This document shows, in pieces, positions 39,611 through 45,032 of a stretch of 45,032 bases of DNA. The notes under the pieces were generated by a model, which worked only from the letters and a program-made list of their open reading frames with translations, had not been told where the DNA came from and ran no database searches. Each line of letters begins with the position of its first letter. Positions within the stretch are counted from its first letter, which is position 1. The DNA comes from a virus, in the IMG/VR virus record IMGVR_UViG_3300010396_000020, positions 1 to 45,032 of that record; one strand, written 5' to 3'. A program made the position numbers and the translations under genes.

Positions 39611-39784
39611 TTACTGAGCCTTAGTGATACTTAACTGTCTTGATGGGATCTCTCTTCTGAGTATTGATTCGATTTCTCTTGAAACCTTCTCTGAGTTTCC
39701 AGAGGTTCCACAGGCATAGTAAATATCCAAGATTAGTTCATCATCTAAAGAAAAAGAGATAGGATGGCGATGTTGGTTCTTCAT
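39611..39784 (-). CDS. Ribbon-helix-helix-like micro-protein, 57 aa.
   Basis: Hand-translated as MKNQHRHPISFSLDDELILDIYYACGTSGNSEKVSREIESILRREIPSRQLSITKAQ. Confidence 0.45.
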   Translation of the reverse strand: MKNQHRHPISFSLDDELILDIYYACGTSGNSEKVSREIESILRREIPSRQLSITKAQ

Positions 39785-39786
39785 AT

Positions 39787-40389
39787 CTAACTCATGTCAG
39801 CGTTGCCTTTCTTGGCTCTGTCTGATTCTGTGTTGAATATGCTGTTACCTTGTTGCTCTTTGTTGGCTAGCTCTTGGACAGTATGTTCGAAGAAATCTTT
39901 CTTGTTTGGAATTTCTACAATTCTGGATCCATAATTATAGACAAAATACATCTTTGTAATGCCCACGCTTGTTGTGCCTATAAGCGAAGCATACTTTTTG
40001 GCCATCTCCTTGTCATCCGCTTTGTGCAAGTAGAGATATGTCTTTCTTGCATTTACTGGAGTTCTGACCTCAACATATTTGCCTTTTTCATAGTCAAATA
40101 TTGACTCAACTATTTCATCAGCTTCTTCATCGACTCTCTCTCCAAACTTTGGTTTCTTGTGATCGAGTTGGAATTTCTTTCCCTTGATGTATTTGATTTC
40201 TCTTCCAATGTATAGCTCATCTTCTTTCTTGTTGCCATAATCATTGGGGCCATACATTCTGACAACGAATGCATAAAAGAACTCTCCATCATCCCTCAAC
40301 TCTTTCCAAAGTCTTAGAGCTCGCCATTGTTCTCCCCATTTAAAGTCCTCTGGGAGTGGACTGATTGCTTCCTCGATTTGAAGTGGCAT
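39787..40389 (-). CDS. Hypothetical protein, 200 aa.
   Basis: Track ORF with ATG 40389 lying 22 nt downstream of the box at 40412..40423. Confidence 0.6.
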   Translation of the reverse strand: MPLQIEEAISPLPEDFKWGEQWRALRLWKELRDDGEFFYAFVVRMYGPNDYGNKKEDELYIGREIKYIKGKKFQLDHKKPKFGERVDEEADEIVESIFDYEKGKYVEVRTPVNARKTYLYLHKADDKEMAKKYASLIGTTSVGITKMYFVYNYGSRIVEIPNKKDFFEHTVQELANKEQQGNSIFNTESDRAKKGNADMS

Positions 40390-40411
40390 CTATCAAAGTA
40401 TTTGTTAAATG

Positions 40412-40423
40412 GTTTATTAAATT
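40412..40423 (-). promoter_or_regulatory. TATA-like promoter box.
   Basis: Minus strand reads AATTTAATAAAC, 22 nt before ATG 40389. Confidence 0.55.
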
Positions 40424-40471
40424 ATCGGTAACGAAAAAGATGTTAATTGTCAATAGTTTTCACTGAGTTGA

Positions 40472-40502
40472 AAATTCAAAAAAAGAGAAAAGAGAGGGAA
40501 GT
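40472..40502 (-). terminator. Pyrimidine/oligo-T tract immediately after the major capsid gene.
   Basis: Minus strand reads TAA ACTTCCCTCTCTTTTCTCTTTTTTTGAATTTT. Archaeal terminators are typically oligo-T. Confidence 0.4.
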
Positions 40503-41684
40503 TTATGCTGGGGCCACTGGCGTTGTTGCGCCTGTCATCCTTCTTCCAGTGTTTGTGTTGATGATTGCTGACAAGTGGAAATCAAAGATTCCGTAAATCT
40601 CGGAACCTGAAATTTCTTCACGCTTGCTAGCGACTCTTGTTGGGCCTTGGAACAAAGCGCAACAGGTTTCATCACCTACGTCTAAGACGTAAGCAACACC
40701 TTGAGGGATGAAGTAGTCTTGAGCTAGGCCCACTCCAGCCAAACCCTTTATTGGTCTGAGAGCTGGTTCCCATGAGGGATCTGGGGCTGGCTCGAAGAGT
40801 CCTCTGACGTATGAGTTTGACTCATAGTCTGTGTATGATACAGAGTGCATACCCATTCTGTTGAATGTGCCTCCGATTCCAGTTGCTTCGATTGAAGAGG
40901 TGATGACTCTTGCAATATCCTTCTTTGGATTGATTGTAGAGTGATCAGTGTTTGAGGTGAATGCGCCCCAATCTCCAAGAGCTGCAACTGAAGTCAAGCC
41001 ATTTTCTAGGGTTTGAACTATGTCATAGCTGACTCTTTGATCTACTTTGGTTGATGCCACTGTGATTGAGTCCTGAAGTGGATTGTGTATGTTCTTGAGC
41101 ATCGCTTCCTCGGAAATTTCGAAGATAAGACCGTACTTCTTAGCCTCGAAGTGAGCTCTGGAATACCTTACCTCTTTCGGGAAAGGCAACTGGAGTTCTC
41201 CGATTTCAACCATGCCAGAATATTTCTTGATTGTATCGATGTCGATAACCAAGTTTGGCACAGCTATCTCTTGTGCGAGATATCGAGCTGCATACTTTCT
41301 TTCTTTAAGCCCGTAGAGCTTTGGAAAGACATTCAGGATGTTAACCACTGAGTTAGCTCCAGAGGTGAGAGCTGCCATCTTCTGTCTGCCTCCGGCAAGA
41401 TAGTTGTCTCTAAATTCGAGATACATTTGATGAAATTGTTCATCAATGTAAGGCGATTTCATGTCAAGACCTGAGAAATCAAGTCCGTCAAGAGATGCCT
41501 TTCTCATCATAGAGATATTTGCAACTCTTATCTTTGGATCAAAGACAGGGAAGAAATCTCCCTTGAAGCCATACTCTGGCTCTGCGATTCCAGCATATAC
41601 GAGTTTATCAGTTGGGTTTAACCAAAACTGATATCCATTGTTTAGATGGTTGTTTGTCATTACTTGTTCGGTTACTTCTGTCAT
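40503..41684 (-). CDS. Major capsid protein (HK97-fold expected).
   Basis: 393 aa, following the scaffold-like and decoration-like genes, and followed by a terminator-like tract. Called from size, position and composition. Confidence 0.72.
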   Translation of the reverse strand: MTEVTEQVMTNNHLNNGYQFWLNPTDKLVYAGIAEPEYGFKGDFFPVFDPKIRVANISMMRKASLDGLDFSGLDMKSPYIDEQFHQMYLEFRDNYLAGGRQKMAALTSGANSVVNILNVFPKLYGLKERKYAARYLAQEIAVPNLVIDIDTIKKYSGMVEIGELQLPFPKEVRYSRAHFEAKKYGLIFEISEEAMLKNIHNPLQDSITVASTKVDQRVSYDIVQTLENGLTSVAALGDWGAFTSNTDHSTINPKKDIARVITSSIEATGIGGTFNRMGMHSVSYTDYESNSYVRGLFEPAPDPSWEPALRPIKGLAGVGLAQDYFIPQGVAYVLDVGDETCCALFQGPTRVASKREEISGSEIYGIFDFHLSAIINTNTGRRMTGATTPVAPA

Positions 41685-41686
41685 GT

Positions 41687-42193
41687 CTAACCCAAGTCCT
41701 CCAACTCGATTATGACAACATCTCCAGATGTTGCATTGAGGAGAGGTTTCTGGCCCCCACTTAATGTTTCAGTGTATGGAGTTGTTGAGCTTCTACTGAA
41801 TACAGCTCCTTCTTCTGAAAGATATCTTCCATAGATTAGGTCTGCGTCATCAGTTCCGGCTATGAACTTTGTCACTTTGCCGTCTGTGCCAGATATTTTG
41901 ACGTAGTCGTTTGTTTCCAAGTCAGATGTCGTAAAGACAGTGACTCTTTGACGAGGGCCCACGCCTCCTATGGTTTTACTTCCAGATGATCCTCCGGAGT
42001 TATCAATCGATTCGATTGGTACGAAGGGGGCATTTCCGGCTCTGTTGCTAGTTGTTGCAAGAGTTACAACTCCGGCAATAACGACACAACATTGACCAGC
42101 TGCCAAGTTCTGAGCTGCCATTGGCAGATAGAAAACTTCTGGAGGGATTGACATGGTCATTCCGATAACAAGTGCTTGATATGGGTTTGTCAT
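41687..42193 (-). CDS. Head decoration or cement-like protein (DUF2190-like?).
   Basis: 168 aa, Gly/Ala/Thr-rich, lying between the scaffold and capsid genes. Confidence 0.45.
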   Translation of the reverse strand: MTNPYQALVIGMTMSIPPEVFYLPMAAQNLAAGQCCVVIAGVVTLATTSNRAGNAPFVPIESIDNSGGSSGSKTIGGVGPRQRVTVFTTSDLETNDYVKISGTDGKVTKFIAGTDDADLIYGRYLSEEGAVFSRSSTTPYTETLSGGQKPLLNATSGDVVIIELEDLG

Positions 42194-42203
42194 GTTTTTT
42201 CTC

Positions 42204-42884
42204 CTATATGTCCGTTAAGTCAGCTGGGCCTTTGGCCGTTCTCTGACTTGAAACTCCAGTAAAGATATTTTCTTTGGCTGGGTTGATTGTTTGCAAGTAG
42301 TTGCTTTTCTGACTTGCAAGTTTTTGAGAGCTGACGGCTGTTTTAGCTCCTTCGAGTTTGGCTGTGAGTATGTTAAGAGGTTCGGTTGATGCCAAAAATT
42401 CTGTTTCCTTGGCCTTTCTCATTGAGAGAGGGAACAAAGAAGAATATTCCTTGGCCATCGAAGCCTTTTTCATGGCATCTCTTTCAGCCATGAGTGAGGC
42501 AACTTGTTCTCTTAGTTTATCACCTGATGGATCTCCGGCACTCTTGCCATAGGCTGTCTTTCGATCAACCTTTGGCTCGTGGCCTTCTTCCAATCCTAAC
42601 TCTGGAGTGCTAGCGACTTTGGGTTTGCCATCTTCTCCCATTTGTGGAGTTTCTGGCTCTGCCATATCATCATCTCCACTGGCTGGAACTCCTTCAGCGA
42701 CTTTCTTTATCTCTGAGGATAAACCCATCAAGTTATTGTTGACTCCGGTAAGAATCTCTTTCACTTGATCTGGGCTGAGGCTTCCTTGGCCAGCTTCGAT
42801 ATCAGCTGCCATCTTTTGGATCTCGCTTGCGTATTTACTGACAGACATTGAAGCTGTCAGTAATTGTGTTTTTAGCTGAGTCAT
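42204..42884 (-). CDS. Scaffolding protein (putative).
   Basis: 226 aa, acidic, helical-looking and low in aromatic residues. Lies immediately upstream of the decoration and capsid genes. Confidence 0.55.
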   Translation of the reverse strand: MTQLKTQLLTASMSVSKYASEIQKMAADIEAGQGSLSPDQVKEILTGVNNNLMGLSSEIKKVAEGVPASGDDDMAEPETPQMGEDGKPKVASTPELGLEEGHEPKVDRKTAYGKSAGDPSGDKLREQVASLMAERDAMKKASMAKEYSSLFPLSMRKAKETEFLASTEPLNILTAKLEGAKTAVSSQKLASQKSNYLQTINPAKENIFTGVSSQRTAKGPADLTDI

Positions 42885-42946
42885 GGTTATTGCTTGAAAA
42901 TCTCTTTTTGACTTATTTAAAGTGAGAGAAATAATTTATTAAATTC

Positions 42947-45032
42947 TTACAAGGAGTTTCTGAGTCTCTGGGGAAATGATTCAGATGTATCTCCAGCATC
43001 CTTTTTCTTCTTCTTTTTGTTGTCTGTCATCTGGAGAAGGTTGACAACTTGAGTGTCAGAGATATCCCCAGAGTCAAGGGCCGCAATCTTGTTATTTGAT
43101 TCCTTGATCGCATCCAAAACCCTTCCAACTCTGCAAGGGGAGAATTGCTTCAAGGTCACTTCTGAGGCTGACCTGAGTTGATGTTCGCAGACTCCTCCAT
43201 AATCTCCGTTACAAGTTCCCTTCAAGAGTGCAATATTGCCATACGCTGGCCTTTGGTCAAGTCCGGCCAAGTGAAGAGCTGTCCAAGATTCGATATTATC
43301 ATCCGGCTCATGTGGATTCATCTTGTAGATTGCTGGGGATGTAAATGGGGGCCATGGAACATGGGCATACTTGGGGCTTTTTGTGACATCTGCCCTCCAG
43401 ATTTCATCCTTTTTGTAAACCTTGACAATCTTTCCAATGGCAAACTTGTTTTGGAATCTCTTGATTAGGTTGATATCATTTACGTCATACGTGCCAATAG
43501 ATGCAATCCCCAAGACTGGAAAATGCTCAGTGGAGGGATGGTCATACACCTTGCCATAAGGTGAGCCTTCGATATAATCTGAAGTTGTGATGACAAATGG
43601 CATTCCAACAAAGGACTCGATATTCTTTGGAATTGATTCCTCGGTAACTCCCCAGCCTCTTCCATTGACTTCATCTCCAGCCAACAGGAAATATGTTGCG
43701 TGCTGGCCTTGGCTGTCAGATGATTCCAATTCAAGTGATGCAAACCTGAAGAACTGATGACCTTGAGAAGCTTGTCTGAAAGCGTGCTGGCCATGCATGG
43801 CCTCTTCCTGATGCTGGAGTAATTCTGATTTTGTATATCCACGATATCCACAGTCAACACATGGAAACTGTGGCAAGTCTCGCATTACAGCAATCTTGCT
43901 TTTTGAATTTGGCTGGGATTGTTCAGCTGGCCTCTCGTCAAGAATTTCATCAATCTGTTTTCTTTCCTTGGGAAGTAACTCATCATAAGACTTGGAACAC
44001 ATTGGCAAGCTGTCAAACATCTGATGAGGATCTATCATGTGCATTCTCTGGGAGATATTATATGCATCCCATTTGGTTTTTGCTGTCTTGTTGACATTGA
44101 TTCCAAGAATCTTTGATGTATCTTCGAGCTGATGTCTGAAAGCATATCCAACCTTTACAACAATAAATTCATCATCTGTCATGTCCTTGATTTCTTTCTT
44201 GCAGAGTTCAAGTGAGATGGCATCTTCCAACCTGTTTGGATCGATTGCGTGCTGTCTCTTGGAGATATTCATTTCAGAGTACCAATCAATAACATCCTGA
44301 TCAGTGGAAACTTTTGCAGCTGCAATCTTTAACAGGCTTCCAAACTTTGTCTGTGTTTTGTCTGTTTTATCTTGCCACTTGTTGCAACATCCTTCCTTCC
44401 CATCGACTGGAATTGATAATCCAATATTGTCAAGATTGCAGACGTTGGGGCCTTGGAACCAAATGCAAGTTTGGCATTCCTTCGGAGTTGGCCCCTTGAC
44501 ATATCCCACAGATTCAGGACTGATCTTCTCCTTGGCCTCTTTTATCTTGCCAACCTGTCCATGGAATGGAGCTTTATTCATGCTCTGTCGAAGTAATGAG
44601 AATTTTGCTGAGAGTAAAGAACTGGCAAGTTTCATATCAAATTTAGAATCAGTGTTGCCTCCCTTGTTCTTGATGTAATGTGCCAAGGCATAGGGATTGT
44701 CAACTTCAGGCTTGTTCTTTAGTGATTTCACTAACTCCTCGTATGATTTGGCCATCTTTGCATTTTTATTATTGTAACCCTCGAATATAACATCTCCTAA
44801 CGGAGAATATTTATCCATGATTTTCTTTGCCTCAGAGCTTTTGAGTGCATTTCCATAAGTCAGATTTGGGATGTTGTGAACAAGCACGTTAATTTTTAAA
44901 TTCTTTGGAACCTTGGTACTGGCTGGAACCCTGACCTCTGTTTCATGGGCAAATCCTGAAGTCTTTTCAGAATCAATCGAGTCCTTGCTTTCAACATCAC
45001 TTCTGGGAAACGGAGAATATCTCACAGGATGC
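42947..45032 (-). CDS. C-terminal 694 codons of the 963-aa junction-spanning composite protein: Cys cluster, internal repeat, second C2H2-like finger, putative prohead protease domain and Lys-rich tail.
   Basis: The track ORF 42947..45025 starts at an internal GTG, and the frame stays open upstream into 124..929 after circularisation. The motifs are ECQTCIWFQGPNVCNLDNIGLSIPVDGKEGCCNKW; W..(M/Y)NIS.R.H.IDP twice; FPCVDCGYRGYTKSELLQHQEEAMH; and DEVNGRGWGVTEESIPKNIESFVGMPFV...GKVYDHPS, which resembles the N.NGR...(E/D)(L/Y)(D/G)HP pattern of T4 gp21-type prohead proteases. Confidence 0.7.
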   Translation of the reverse strand, partial: HPVRYSPFPRSDVESKDSIDSEKTSGFAHETEVRVPASTKVPKNLKINVLVHNIPNLTYGNALKSSEAKKIMDKYSPLGDVIFEGYNNKNAKMAKSYEELVKSLKNKPEVDNPYALAHYIKNKGGNTDSKFDMKLASSLLSAKFSLLRQSMNKAPFHGQVGKIKEAKEKISPESVGYVKGPTPKECQTCIWFQGPNVCNLDNIGLSIPVDGKEGCCNKWQDKTDKTQTKFGSLLKIAAAKVSTDQDVIDWYSEMNISKRQHAIDPNRLEDAISLELCKKEIKDMTDDEFIVVKVGYAFRHQLEDTSKILGINVNKTAKTKWDAYNISQRMHMIDPHQMFDSLPMCSKSYDELLPKERKQIDEILDERPAEQSQPNSKSKIAVMRDLPQFPCVDCGYRGYTKSELLQHQEEAMHGQHAFRQASQGHQFFRFASLELESSDSQGQHATYFLLAGDEVNGRGWGVTEESIPKNIESFVGMPFVITTSDYIEGSPYGKVYDHPSTEHFPVLGIASIGTYDVNDINLIKRFQNKFAIGKIVKVYKKDEIWRADVTKSPKYAHVPWPPFTSPAIYKMNPHEPDDNIESWTALHLAGLDQRPAYGNIALLKGTCNGDYGGVCEHQLRSASEVTLKQFSPCRVGRVLDAIKESNNKIAALDSGDISDTQVVNLLQMTDNKKKKKKDAGDTSESFPQRLRNSL
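44910..45032. repeat. Terminal direct repeat, right copy; identical to 1..123.
   Basis: Exact 123-nt identity with the window start. Confidence 0.9.

Overview
The window is a complete, circularly closing genome of about 44.9 kb from a head-tailed archaeal virus. The first 123 nt are identical to the last 123 nt, and a long minus-strand ORF reads straight through that junction. The sequence is AT-rich and very tightly packed: I count about 90 genes, all on the minus strand except two. Neighbouring genes are often chained by ATGA, TTGA or TAATG stop-start overlaps, and TTG starts are frequent.

An archaeal host, probably an ammonia-oxidising thaumarchaeon, is supported by four things:
- an archaeal-type PCNA;
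- a PEF-CTERM sorting signal on a secreted protein;
- an archaeal winged-helix regulator;
- a recurring TATA-like box (AATCTTATTAAG-like) placed 22-24 nt upstream of start codons, which implies leaderless transcripts.

Modules in transcription order:
- Early and replication genes (31223 down to 16385): PCNA, a stand-alone Topo VI-A/Spo11-like protein with a SWIM partner, a DNA methyltransferase, two HNH nucleases and many Cys-rich micro-proteins.
- Packaging (16140 down to 8770): small terminase, large terminase ATPase, a 3.4-kb cassette of 17 micro-genes, large terminase nuclease, portal.
- Envelope or egress module (8716 down to 6648): small membrane proteins, a PEF-CTERM protein and a matrixin-type metalloprotease.
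- Fibre and accessory genes (6593 down to 926), including a free-standing LAGLIDADG endonuclease.
- Head genes: a 963-aa composite protein spanning the junction, then scaffold, decoration-like protein and HK97-like major capsid protein.
- Neck, tail and fibre genes (40389 down to 31603), followed by a glycosyltransferase and methyltransferase pair.

The observation most worth follow-up is that the large terminase is split exactly at its ATPase/nuclease domain boundary into two genes. The intervening cassette includes a multiubiquitin-like beta-grasp protein and a DUF6527-like protein. I saw no tRNA, rRNA, CRISPR array, integrase or reverse transcriptase. All functional calls come from motif recognition by eye; no searches were run.
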